A stretch of 64,000 nucleotides of DNA from IMG/VR virus record IMGVR_UViG_3300016665_000370, positions 1 to 64,000 of that record. The stretch is one strand, 5' to 3'. The position numbers and the translations under genes are program-made. Source of the DNA: a virus. Every line of letters begins with the position of its first letter. Position 1 is the stretch's first letter. The notes under the pieces are model-generated. The model saw only the letters and a program-made list of their open reading frames with translations, searched no databases and was not told the DNA's origin. This document shows positions 9,288 through 18,075 of the stretch, one piece after another.

Positions 9288-10303
9288 TAATTAATAAAAT
9301 CAGACATATCATATAAATAATGATTTTTTCCTGGATTAAATATTATTTTTATTTTTTTTAATATTTTATTTGAAATCATATGTATCATATTATAATCATT
9401 ATAATATTTTAATATAAAATCTCTATGAGAATTTAAAATATCACTATATTTTTCTTGATAGAACGGTTTTAATATTTGATTGATCATTATATACATAGGA
9501 GAATTAAATATTTTTTTACAAACATTAATATTTAAATCATATATATGTTTTGTTAATTCTTTTCCAATTGATATTTCATTTCTATAAATTAGTGTATTTA
9601 TAAAAGAATCTTTAAATTCGGTTGCCATACCAAATAAGTTTTTATATTTGTCTTCATATAAGTATAAGAAAAATGAAATATCTTCTTTTAGACTTGCATA
9701 GTTTCCTTCTATTCTATTTTTAGAAAAATTACTAAAATAAAAATTTTGAACTTTTTTAAAATCATCTGTCATCTCAATTGCTTTTGAGAGCAAATTAATA
9801 GTAATTAATTCTTTTGGTAAAGAATTTAATTGATTCATATCAAATTCTATATTTTTAGTTTTTGATTTTAAAATATCAAAATTTGCTTTTGCTTTTAAAA
9901 TAACAAAATAAATATTAATTAATGGAATTGAATTTAATTGGCTTTCATTTAAGTTTTGAATTATTTTTAATAACTTATCAAATGTATTTTTAATAACACT
10001 TTGAAATATATTTAAATTTAAATATTTTGGATCTAATTCACCTTTATCTATATGTTCTGACTTTAATGATTCTTTAAAATCTTTTATGGAATCAAAACTA
10101 TCAGCATTTGAAAATAAAAACAAGAAAATTAAATCTTGTTTATCAAAATCAAAAAATGAATTTGAATGAAAATGAGAATAGCCAAATAATTTGTTTTCTT
10201 TTATATAATTATCACAATAACCTTTAAAAATTTGAAACTTAGATAATTGAGCAAACTTTAATAATTCTCTTTTTATTTTGGTGAAAATCATAAATTTATA
10301 CAA
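9284..10303 (-). CDS. Hypothetical protein with N-terminal KFAQ motif
   Basis: 339 aa; MIFTKIKRELLKFAQ (true start may be 10291). Confidence 0.65.
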   Translation of the reverse strand: MYKFMIFTKIKRELLKFAQLSKFQIFKGYCDNYIKENKLFGYSHFHSNSFFDFDKQDLIFLFLFSNADSFDSIKDFKESLKSEHIDKGELDPKYLNLNIFQSVIKNTFDKLLKIIQNLNESQLNSIPLINIYFVILKAKANFDILKSKTKNIEFDMNQLNSLPKELITINLLSKAIEMTDDFKKVQNFYFSNFSKNRIEGNYASLKEDISFFLYLYEDKYKNLFGMATEFKDSFINTLIYRNEISIGKELTKHIYDLNINVCKKIFNSPMYIMINQILKPFYQEKYSDILNSHRDFILKYYNDYNMIHMISNKILKKIKIIFNPGKNHYLYDMSDFINY

Positions 10304-11063
10304 TTAAATTAGGCATTAAAGTAGGAACCCAAATATCATTAGTTTCACTATTATTTATATAATCTTCTGTCATTAAACAATGACCATCTTTGCCCCAACC
10401 TATTCCCCAAGAATTTCTTACTAAGAAATATCTTTTTCCATTTATATATTTTACTCCAGTAATAATCATTGCATGTCTTCCTACAAAATTATTAGGAAAA
10501 TTAAAAATAGGCAATTCTGATAAATATGTTGAATTAATAAAATCTCTACTAACTCCTGTACCAAAGGTAACTGGATGATTTGATCTTATTGCTTGTTCTA
10601 TATTATCCAACTTATTAGATGTTATTTTATAAAATTCAGAAATTTTATTATCATTAGCTTCTGCATATGCTAATAAACTTGGCTGAGCAAATACTTTATT
10701 TTCATTATAGTTCCAAACTGATTCTCTACAAACTCCTAATCTAGTTAAAGAATCAAATGCATCTCTTATATAGCAGCCATCATCTTCGTTTACTTTTTTT
10801 ATATAAAGCCTTGCATTGTAATAAACAAATAATCTACTTAATTGATGTACATTATTTTTATTTTCAATTCCTTTTAATATTTCCAATGCATCGCAAACAG
10901 AATTAGCAGCGCATGAACTTAAGCTTCCTTGATTGCTTATTGGAGTATACTCTGGTAATATATAATCACCATATCCAGAAGCTGTTTTAAAAAATCCTTC
11001 TACTAAAGAAAAAGATTTATCATTTGGATTTGTTTCAGAAGGTTTATGATTTAGTTTAAACAT
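10296..11063 (-). CDS. C1A papain-like cysteine protease
   Basis: NQGSLSSCAAN (Gln/Cys), LSRLFVYYNAR, GRHAM (His), VRNSWGIGWG (Asn). Confidence 0.92.
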   Translation of the reverse strand: MFKLNHKPSETNPNDKSFSLVEGFFKTASGYGDYILPEYTPISNQGSLSSCAANSVCDALEILKGIENKNNVHQLSRLFVYYNARLYIKKVNEDDGCYIRDAFDSLTRLGVCRESVWNYNENKVFAQPSLLAYAEANDNKISEFYKITSNKLDNIEQAIRSNHPVTFGTGVSRDFINSTYLSELPIFNFPNNFVGRHAMIITGVKYINGKRYFLVRNSWGIGWGKDGHCLMTEDYINNSETNDIWVPTLMPNLIV

Positions 11064-11077
11064 ATTATAATGTTAAA

Positions 11078-11383
11078 CTATTTGCTATAAGTGCAAGTAT
11101 CCATTTGATCCAAGCAATCACCTTTATCTGTTGCAGATATATTGGCTAAACAAGATGGATTTAAATAAACACCAGCATTATGAGTTTCTTCACAGAATTG
11201 TTTAAATGATTTTCCAAGTTTAGTAAAATTTTTGTCATCTTCAATGCATTGATTTCTTTTTAAATTTCTTCCAGCAGCTTCGCACAATTCCGTATCTTTT
11301 ACAACAGGTGTTGGTCTTGGTGGAGTTTTATTATCGCACGCAAAAATAAATATTGACATTAAAAAAAATAATTTTAGATTCAT
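11078..11383 (-). CDS. Cys-rich putative lipoprotein
   Basis: Hydrophobic signal with lipobox-like IFAC; six further Cys. Confidence 0.7.
   Translation of the reverse strand: MNLKLFFLMSIFIFACDNKTPPRPTPVVKDTELCEAAGRNLKRNQCIEDDKNFTKLGKSFKQFCEETHNAGVYLNPSCLANISATDKGDCLDQMDTCTYSK
11353..11380 (+). promoter_or_regulatory. Sigma70-like promoter upstream of the IMPDH/GMPR gene
   Basis: TTGACA-N16-TAGATT at a divergent gene junction. Confidence 0.45.
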
Positions 11384-11414
11384 GTTCTACGATATAACAT
11401 CTTCGGAGTTTTTT

Positions 11415-13301
11415 ATGTCAAAAATTGAAAATAAAGAATATTTAACATTTGGTGATATTTTACTAAAACCTGCTTATTCAGAAATAACAAGCAGATCTCA
11501 AGTTAGTCTAGAAGTTAAAATAAAAGACTTTACTTTTGCAAGTCCATTAATTCCAGCTAATATGAAATCTATTATGTGTTTTGAATTAGCATGTAAAATA
11601 TATGAAAACAAATCTCTTGGAATACATCACAGATTCTCTACAATAGAAGAGCAGATTCAATTCTTTGAATCATTAAAGAACAAATATGGAAATGATGTAT
11701 TTAATTACATTGGTTGTTCTGTTGGTGTAAAAGAACAAGATAAAGAAAATGCTAAACTATTTCTAAATCTTGGTGTAAAAATATTTTGCATAGATATTGC
11801 ACATGGACATTCAAAAGAATGCGGAGAAATGTGTTCTTATTTAAAGAATCTAAATAAAGACATGTTACTTATTGCTGGCAATGTTGCTACAATAGAAGGA
11901 TCAGAATATCTATGGAATAATGGAGCAGATGTAGTTAAAGTTGGTATTGGAGGTGGATGCTTAAAAGGTGATGCCAGAATACTAATGTCAAATGGAACTT
12001 ATAAAAACATTACAGAAATAAAAGAAGGAGATTCTATTATAGATGGTAAAGGCAATCCAACAAAAGTTAATAAATTAATTTATTCTGGAAGAAAAACAGT
12101 AAGCAGCATTAAGCATAATGGATTTCATAAGCCATTATATGCAACTGAAGATCATAAATTTTATGTAAATAATAAAGATTTTGAATGGAAAGAATTATCT
12201 GATTTAAACAAAAATGTTTTAAGTCCTAAAAATATAAACTTTAATCTTAAAGAAGATTTTAATATTCAATTAAATAAATCTAATATAAAATCAAGTTATG
12301 ATATTGGTTATATTTTTGGAGTATCTTTAGGAGATAATTTAATTAAAAATAATAATTCTATTACCTGGGTATTTGATAAAGAAGATGTTGCTTTGAAATT
12401 ATCCAAATCAATTAATAAAGAATTTAACTGCGATGTAAAAATAAAAAATAAAATAGTTAATATTTCTGAAAAACAAATTGTAAAATTACTAAACTTTAAT
12501 AAATTACCAGAAGAATTTCTATGTAGCAATAAAGAATATTTACAAGGTTTATTTGATGGATTGGTTGATAATCAAATCTCTGATGATTTAAATGAATTGT
12601 TTATGTTTTTAAACTTTAAATTAAATGGATATTTTACTTCAGATAATAACAAAGATAATTTTCAACATTATATGATAACTAATAAAATAAATCATATTGA
12701 AGAAGTTGATACTTATGATTTAGAAGTAGAATCAGAAGATCATAGTTTTATAGCAAATAACATTATTGTACATAATTCAATTTGTACTACTAGATTAAAG
12801 GCTGGAGCAGGAGTGCCACAAGTATCTGCTTTGGAAGAAATATATGAATGGAATTCTTTAACAAGTAGTAGGTATTTAGCATTAAGTGATGGAATCAAAG
12901 ATGTAAGAAATAATAGATTTATAATATCTGATGGAGGAATTAGGGATGTAGGTGATTTTGTTAAAGCATTAGCTTTTTCAAATATGGTAATGGCAGGAAA
13001 TATGTTTTCTGGATGCGAAGAAACTCCAGAAGAAGTATTAGAAATAGATGGTCAAAAATATAAAAAGTATGCAGGATCATCTACTCATAAAACTACAAAT
13101 ATAGAAGGTGTAGTTTCTTTAGTTCATGTAAAAGGTAAGTTTAAAGATATTCTTGAAACTTACTCTCAAGGAATAAGATCTGGATTATCTTATGCAGGAG
13201 CAGATAATTTAGAAACATTTAGAAGTAAAGCAAAATTTGTTAGAATAACAAATGAAGCTAAGCAAGAATCTGGAACTCACGATGTAAAGGTAATAGGATG
13301 A
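11415..13301 (+). CDS. guaB: IMP dehydrogenase/GMP reductase family protein (no CBS domain), contains an intein
   Basis: LTFGDILLKP, PANM, IDIAHGHS, AGNVAT, KVGIGGG|SICTTR, SDGGI, GIRSGLSYAGA. Start at 11415 (GGAG RBS) preferred over 11382. IMPDH versus GMP reductase is not resolved. Confidence 0.88.
   Translation: MSKIENKEYLTFGDILLKPAYSEITSRSQVSLEVKIKDFTFASPLIPANMKSIMCFELACKIYENKSLGIHHRFSTIEEQIQFFESLKNKYGNDVFNYIGCSVGVKEQDKENAKLFLNLGVKIFCIDIAHGHSKECGEMCSYLKNLNKDMLLIAGNVATIEGSEYLWNNGADVVKVGIGGGCLKGDARILMSNGTYKNITEIKEGDSIIDGKGNPTKVNKLIYSGRKTVSSIKHNGFHKPLYATEDHKFYVNNKDFEWKELSDLNKNVLSPKNINFNLKEDFNIQLNKSNIKSSYDIGYIFGVSLGDNLIKNNNSITWVFDKEDVALKLSKSINKEFNCDVKIKNKIVNISEKQIVKLLNFNKLPEEFLCSNKEYLQGLFDGLVDNQISDDLNELFMFLNFKLNGYFTSDNNKDNFQHYMITNKINHIEEVDTYDLEVESEDHSFIANNIIVHNSICTTRLKAGAGVPQVSALEEIYEWNSLTSSRYLALSDGIKDVRNNRFIISDGGIRDVGDFVKALAFSNMVMAGNMFSGCEETPEEVLEIDGQKYKKYAGSSTHKTTNIEGVVSLVHVKGKFKDILETYSQGIRSGLSYAGADNLETFRSKAKFVRITNEAKQESGTHDVKVIG
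11958..12776 (+). mobile_element. Intein (273 aa) in IMPDH/GMPR with a decayed LAGLIDADG endonuclease
   Basis: Starts CLKGDARILM, block B TEDH, ends ANNIIVHN followed by +1 Ser; endonuclease remnants GYIFGVSLGD and YLQGLFDGLVD. Confidence 0.93.
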
Positions 13302-13477
13302 CTAAATTTGAAAAATACTTATCTATAGTTTTGTCTAGCTTTTCTTTTTCTGTAATGTGTTTTTTAACCATTAAATTCTTTACAATGGGATTATTTGCTC
13401 TTGGAGCGATTGTTGGTTTAATTACGTTTGGATTGTCATTCTTTGTATTTTACGACTACAAAAAATTAAATGAGTAA
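13298..13477 (+). CDS. Small membrane protein (59 aa)
   Basis: Below the track cutoff. ATGA overlap with the guaB stop; two hydrophobic stretches (MTKFEKYLSIVLSSFSFSVMCFL...LFALGAIVGLITFGLSFFVFY). Confidence 0.6.
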   Translation: MTKFEKYLSIVLSSFSFSVMCFLTIKFFTMGLFALGAIVGLITFGLSFFVFYDYKKLNE

Positions 13478-13478
13478 T

Positions 13479-13506
13479 TTGACATGAATTAAAAAATGTT
13501 TAACCT
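13479..13506 (+). promoter_or_regulatory. Sigma70-like promoter upstream of thyA
   Basis: TTGACA-N16-TAACCT in the intergenic gap. Confidence 0.45.
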
Positions 13507-13520
13507 ATATTTAAGGTTAA

Positions 13521-14363
13521 ATGTACTTACTAAATGATTATGATTCTATTCTTGAGAAAATAGTAAATGAGGGTGAAATTATTCCAAATAGGACTGGAGT
13601 TGATTGTAAGGTTTTATTTGGAGTTCAAGCTAGGTATAATATTTCGGAATATTTTCCATTACCAACAAAAAGAAAATACTATTATAAATCAATTCTTGCA
13701 GAATTAATTTGGATGCTTTCTGGATCAACAAATGTAAATGATTTAGAAAAAATGAATTCCAAAATTTGGACAGCATGGCGAAATAAAGATTTTGAAGAAA
13801 AGAATAATTATTCCGATGGAGAATTTGGTCCTATTTATGGATATCAATTTCGATCATTTGGAGGAGATTATCCAAATAAGAATGGATTTGATCAAGTTAG
13901 TTATGTAATAAATGAATTATCTAAAAATAAACATTCAAGAAGAGCATTAATAAATCTTTGGGATTCTTCTGTAATGTCATCTGATAAAATCATTTTGCCA
14001 TGTTGTCACTTTGCAAGTAATTTTATGATTAATTCAAAAAATGAATTAAATTGTATTTTACATCAAAGATCAGGAGATTGGATTCCTGGAATCCCAGCAA
14101 ATATAATATTCTATTCTGCTCTTACTTATATGATTGCAAATCAATTAAATATAAAACCAGGAACATTAATTCATAATGTTGATAATGCTCATGTTTATGT
14201 AAATCAACTTGATGCAGCAAAAGAATATTTAAACAGACAAGTTAATTATTCTTGTCCAAAATTAAAATTAGAAAATAAAAATATATTTGACTATACTGTT
14301 GACGATTTTATAGTTGATGACTATAAGCATGATGCTTTTATTAAAGTTCCAGTTATGGTTTAA
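13521..14363 (+). CDS. thyA: Thymidylate synthase
   Basis: NRTG, ELIWMLSG, GPIYGYQFR, SRR, LPCCH, HQRSGD, PAN, AHVYVNQ. Confidence 0.96.
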   Translation: MYLLNDYDSILEKIVNEGEIIPNRTGVDCKVLFGVQARYNISEYFPLPTKRKYYYKSILAELIWMLSGSTNVNDLEKMNSKIWTAWRNKDFEEKNNYSDGEFGPIYGYQFRSFGGDYPNKNGFDQVSYVINELSKNKHSRRALINLWDSSVMSSDKIILPCCHFASNFMINSKNELNCILHQRSGDWIPGIPANIIFYSALTYMIANQLNIKPGTLIHNVDNAHVYVNQLDAAKEYLNRQVNYSCPKLKLENKNIFDYTVDDFIVDDYKHDAFIKVPVMV

Positions 14364-14641
14364 TGTCAAAAATAACTATGCTAACAATCCAATCTGCAAA
14401 ATCATCAATCTCAATTGACATCTTAAAAGACAAGATATATATTGAGGGAGAGGTTGAAGATATTGTAGAGCTTATTATAACCAACTTTATAAAAAGCAAA
14501 CATGACTTTCAATCTTTTTATTTATTTGATATTGTAAGATCAAATAATGAAATTAAAATGCTTACATACAGCGATCAAGAAGAAGTTATAAGAATTTCTT
14601 CTTGTTTTAAAAAATACTTAAAAAACATAATATTCATCTAA
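14363..14641 (+). CDS. Hypothetical protein
   Basis: 92 aa, TAATG overlap with thyA. Confidence 0.6.
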   Translation: MSKITMLTIQSAKSSISIDILKDKIYIEGEVEDIVELIITNFIKSKHDFQSFYLFDIVRSNNEIKMLTYSDQEEVIRISSCFKKYLKNIIFI

Positions 14642-14650
14642 GGAGAAAAT

Positions 14651-14950
14651 ATGTTATATGATTTAATTTTTCCAGAGTTTAAACCAATGACAACAGATGA
14701 TGTTATTAATCATTTAGCAAAAGAACTTCTTAAATATGTTTCAAGCGTAAGTATTACATTGTCTAAAAAAGACAATTCTTTTGTTTACGAATGTTCATTT
14801 AATAATGAAAAAGTGTCTGGAGATGAAGTTCAAATAAAAGAATTTCTAATTAAAAGAATAAATGATTTTGAAAAGGAAGCTTTGGCTAAAAAATATGATA
14901 ATAAAGTAGTTACAATTAATGGCGTTAAATATAGGCTAATAAAAGAATGA
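14651..14950 (+). CDS. Hypothetical protein
   Basis: 99 aa, AAGGAG RBS. Confidence 0.7.
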   Translation: MLYDLIFPEFKPMTTDDVINHLAKELLKYVSSVSITLSKKDNSFVYECSFNNEKVSGDEVQIKEFLIKRINDFEKEALAKKYDNKVVTINGVKYRLIKE

Positions 14951-15402
14951 TTAAAATAATAGCAGCAGTTAGTTCAAATGGAGTAATGGGATTTGATAAT
15001 AAACTCCCTTTTGATTATAAATCTGATTTACAGCATTTTAAAAAAATGACTTTAAATTCAAGAATTATAATGGGAAGAAAGACATTTGAATCAATTGGAC
15101 GACCATTACCCAAAAGAGAAAATGTAGTAATATCATCTAAATCTATAGATGGTATTACTACATTCAATAATTTAAAAGATTCTTTAATAGAAGATTGTTG
15201 GCTAATAGGAGGTAGATCTATTTATGAAGAAGGTATGAATTATGCACAAGAAATATATTTGACTATAACGTCAGACTATATTAAAGATAATAATTCTATT
15301 TATTTCCCATTTATTAACCCATTAAAGTTTAAAATAGATAATATAGATTCTGATACATTAAAAGAAGATAATTTAAAAATAGTTAAGTATTGTACTTTTT
15401 AA
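14947..15402 (+). CDS. folA: Dihydrofolate reductase
   Basis: IIAAVSSNGVMG, IMGRKTFESIGRPLPKRENVVIS, IGG. Confidence 0.95.
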   Translation: MIKIIAAVSSNGVMGFDNKLPFDYKSDLQHFKKMTLNSRIIMGRKTFESIGRPLPKRENVVISSKSIDGITTFNNLKDSLIEDCWLIGGRSIYEEGMNYAQEIYLTITSDYIKDNNSIYFPFINPLKFKIDNIDSDTLKEDNLKIVKYCTF

Positions 15403-15895
15403 AATTAAATAAAGTAGCTGGATTTATTATTTTACCATCTTTCCATACTTGCAAATGCAAGTGTGCAGATGTATTTTTGGCATTGCCAGTATTACCTACT
15501 GTTCCTATTGCAGTATCATATCCAACAACATCGCCTACTTTAACATAGGTAGAATCTAAATGAGTGTAAAAGCTTCTATATCCATTAGCATGTTGGATAT
15601 AAACAGCATTTCCGCCTTTTGATTCAAAGGCAACTCTAGTTACTTTACCTGGAGCTATTGGATACATATTTGTACCTTTAGGAGCTTGAATATCAATTCC
15701 TTGGTGACCATTTGGATGAGTTTCATTAACTACACCAAAGTCACCAATATTTTTATATTCTCCTTTAATTGGATTTTGAAAATAAGAATTCTCCAATTCT
15801 TGATTAAAATCATTTGATTGATTTAATTTAGGAATTGAAGAATTTCTTTTACTTAATTCTAATTTTATTTCTTGTATTATTTTATTTAGATCCAT
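15383..15895 (-). CDS. M23 family metallopeptidase
   Basis: HQGIDI, YTHLD, GNTGN, HLHLQV. Confidence 0.93.
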   Translation of the reverse strand: MDLNKIIQEIKLELSKRNSSIPKLNQSNDFNQELENSYFQNPIKGEYKNIGDFGVVNETHPNGHQGIDIQAPKGTNMYPIAPGKVTRVAFESKGGNAVYIQHANGYRSFYTHLDSTYVKVGDVVGYDTAIGTVGNTGNAKNTSAHLHLQVWKDGKIINPATLFNFKKYNT

Positions 15896-15905
15896 AAGAT
15901 AATAC

Positions 15906-16355
15906 TTAGTTTTTATACAAAACTACATTAACTCCTTTATCTAAAAAGAGATTGAGCATTTCTTTTGCAGAAGGTACTACCTCAAAAAGTTTTGCAGAAA
16001 TATGAACAGAAGCTCCTTCGTATTTAGCTTGATTAACTATTTCATTAAAAGCAGTTTTTACAGCATTAGTATTTTCTTTACCAGATTCAAGTCCAACAAA
16101 AGTAACAACCCAAGCTGTGCTTTGAACTAACGTAGTTCTTGTATTTCCAAGTTTAAATTTACTAAGATCTGTTGCCCATAATTTTAGATCTGTTTTTACA
16201 GAATTCCATCTAGTAGAAATAAGTTTAGAAAGATCATTTTCAGTTTTAAAAGAATCTGGATTTTTATCGCAGACATTTAAAATAAAAGCAAGACCTGCAT
16301 TTTCTGGCTGAAGAACATTTTCTTTATTTTCTTTTAGTTTACCTTTAAAATTCAT
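15906..16355 (-). CDS. Putative divergent macro-domain-like protein
   Basis: FILNV, FKLG..T.VQ..WV and ASVHI resemble phage Appr-1-p/macro proteins, but the Gly-rich loops are missing. Confidence 0.4.
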   Translation of the reverse strand: MNFKGKLKENKENVLQPENAGLAFILNVCDKNPDSFKTENDLSKLISTRWNSVKTDLKLWATDLSKFKLGNTRTTLVQSTAWVVTFVGLESGKENTNAVKTAFNEIVNQAKYEGASVHISAKLFEVVPSAKEMLNLFLDKGVNVVLYKN

Positions 16356-17188
16356 ATTTCCTTTATATAGTCAGTAAGTTGTTTTGAATTAATTTCAAAA
16401 TCTATTATATTCTTTTTTGCAAAATTATTTTCATAATAAGTAACCAATCTTTTATTTTCTGCAAAGTAGAAAAAATCATAAATTGAATCTTCAATTCCTT
16501 TATAACAATAAACAAATTTGTTATTGTAGTAAGCATCAATAAAATAAGTATAAGAAAATTCAATTAAGCAATAATCTGAAGAAGCTAATGAATTAAAATA
16601 TTCTGAAGAGTTTATATCAGAATAAGAATATCCAATATCTTTAGATAAACTTTTATTATTTTTTGATATGTGTATTTTTTTATTTTCTTTTTTATTACCT
16701 TTAAAAGTAAAAGGTCTACATGTAGTAAAAAGAGGTTTTTGTCTAAATTCAGTTCCTTCTTCTAATCCATCAGCTATTCCTGGAATTAAATTAACAACAG
16801 AATTGTTTAATAAATTTGTAATATAAAATTTATTAAATTGAAATATAATTGGCACAGTTATATAATTTTGATAAAAATTATCAATTGAATAGTTAATGCA
16901 AGGAATATTTAAATCAAACGCCAATATAGGAAGTCTATAATCGCCATCTGTAATTAATAGATCTGGATCATATTTTTTTATATATTCATATAAAAATTCA
17001 AATTCTTTATTATGAATAAAATTACCATTTTTAGAATAAAAATAATCTAAATTAATATCAGAATCAAAATAATTTGATATACCTTTTGAAAAAATTTTTA
17101 TATCAATAGAAGGATCTTTTACTTTTAAAAATCTACTTAATTGAATATGAGAATGTATATTATTGGTTAGTACGTAAATTATTTTCAT
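16352..17188 (-). CDS. Divergent GT-B glycosyltransferase-like protein
   Basis: MKIIY..., PDLLITDGD, A...NIP.I resemble the N-terminal half of MJ1255-like GT-B proteins. Confidence 0.45.
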   Translation of the reverse strand: MKIIYVLTNNIHSHIQLSRFLKVKDPSIDIKIFSKGISNYFDSDINLDYFYSKNGNFIHNKEFEFLYEYIKKYDPDLLITDGDYRLPILAFDLNIPCINYSIDNFYQNYITVPIIFQFNKFYITNLLNNSVVNLIPGIADGLEEGTEFRQKPLFTTCRPFTFKGNKKENKKIHISKNNKSLSKDIGYSYSDINSSEYFNSLASSDYCLIEFSYTYFIDAYYNNKFVYCYKGIEDSIYDFFYFAENKRLVTYYENNFAKKNIIDFEINSKQLTDYIKEI

Positions 17189-17753
17189 AAGTTTTTATAA
17201 TCTTTTCAAATAAACTTGCAGTTGCTTTTGTATCAGCTTCTGCTGTATGAGCTTTTTCATTTTTTACACCATATTTCTTTAATAGAGAAGACAGTGAATA
17301 AGATTCTTTATATGATTTTGCAATCATGTCTAAGAAAAATTCAAGTTGAAATGAATCTAATGATCTTCTACCAAATGGAAATGTATCTAAAGAATCAAGT
17401 TTTTTCCAAAGAAACTTTAGCATGTTTTTATCAAAATCTACGTTATGTCCGCAAATAATTCTTTCTTCTGCTCCTAGATTATCTTCCATAATCCAGTTTT
17501 CAATATCAATAATAACATTTTTAGGATCAAGATAAGTTTCTTTTCCTATTTTAGTTTTATGAGTAATATCTTCTAATTTATGTCCATTTACTTTTAAAGA
17601 TCCTAGATTTATTTTATCTTCATTTAAAGCTTTTAGTTTCCATGTTTTTTGTTCTTTTGTAGAGAATCTAATAATAGATATTTCAATAGGAGAATTATCA
17701 ACATAATCTAGTCCTGTTGTTTCTGTGTCGCAAATATATAATTCATAATTCAT
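17160..17753 (-). CDS. DEDDh 3'-5' exonuclease (second copy)
   Basis: CDTETTG, GHNVDFD, AHTAEAD. Confidence 0.92.
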   Translation of the reverse strand: MNYELYICDTETTGLDYVDNSPIEISIIRFSTKEQKTWKLKALNEDKINLGSLKVNGHKLEDITHKTKIGKETYLDPKNVIIDIENWIMEDNLGAEERIICGHNVDFDKNMLKFLWKKLDSLDTFPFGRRSLDSFQLEFFLDMIAKSYKESYSLSSLLKKYGVKNEKAHTAEADTKATASLFEKIIKTYENNLRTNQ

Positions 17754-17757
17754 AAAA

Positions 17758-18075
17758 TTACTTCCTTTCTTTTAGTTTTAATATTAAATCATCTTTATTT
17801 TTATTTTGTTTATATTCTTTTAAGCAAAATAAAATACCTTCTGGTTTTCTTAAAAAGAATATTTCTTTTTCTGTTAATTCTGTAGAACAAATCTCTATTG
17901 TTTTTTTAGAATTTTCATAAAACTTCCATTTTTCTTCATTTGTTTTTTGAGAAAAATGTCTTTGTATTCTTACCATAGGTAATTTTTTATTATCTTCTTC
18001 ATTATATAATTCATAGTCATATCGACTTGATACATATTTTCCAATACTTTCAGTTTCTTTAAATTCTCCAGACAT
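17758..18075 (-). CDS. Hypothetical protein
   Basis: 105-aa ORF inside the operon. Confidence 0.65.
   Translation of the reverse strand: MSGEFKETESIGKYVSSRYDYELYNEEDNKKLPMVRIQRHFSQKTNEEKWKFYENSKKTIEICSTELTEKEIFFLRKPEGILFCLKEYKQNKNKDDLILKLKERK

Noticed and set aside
14415-14443. TTGACA-N17-TATATT
   Set aside because: It lies inside ORF 14363..14641 and could be chance in AT-rich DNA; not supported enough to list as a promoter.
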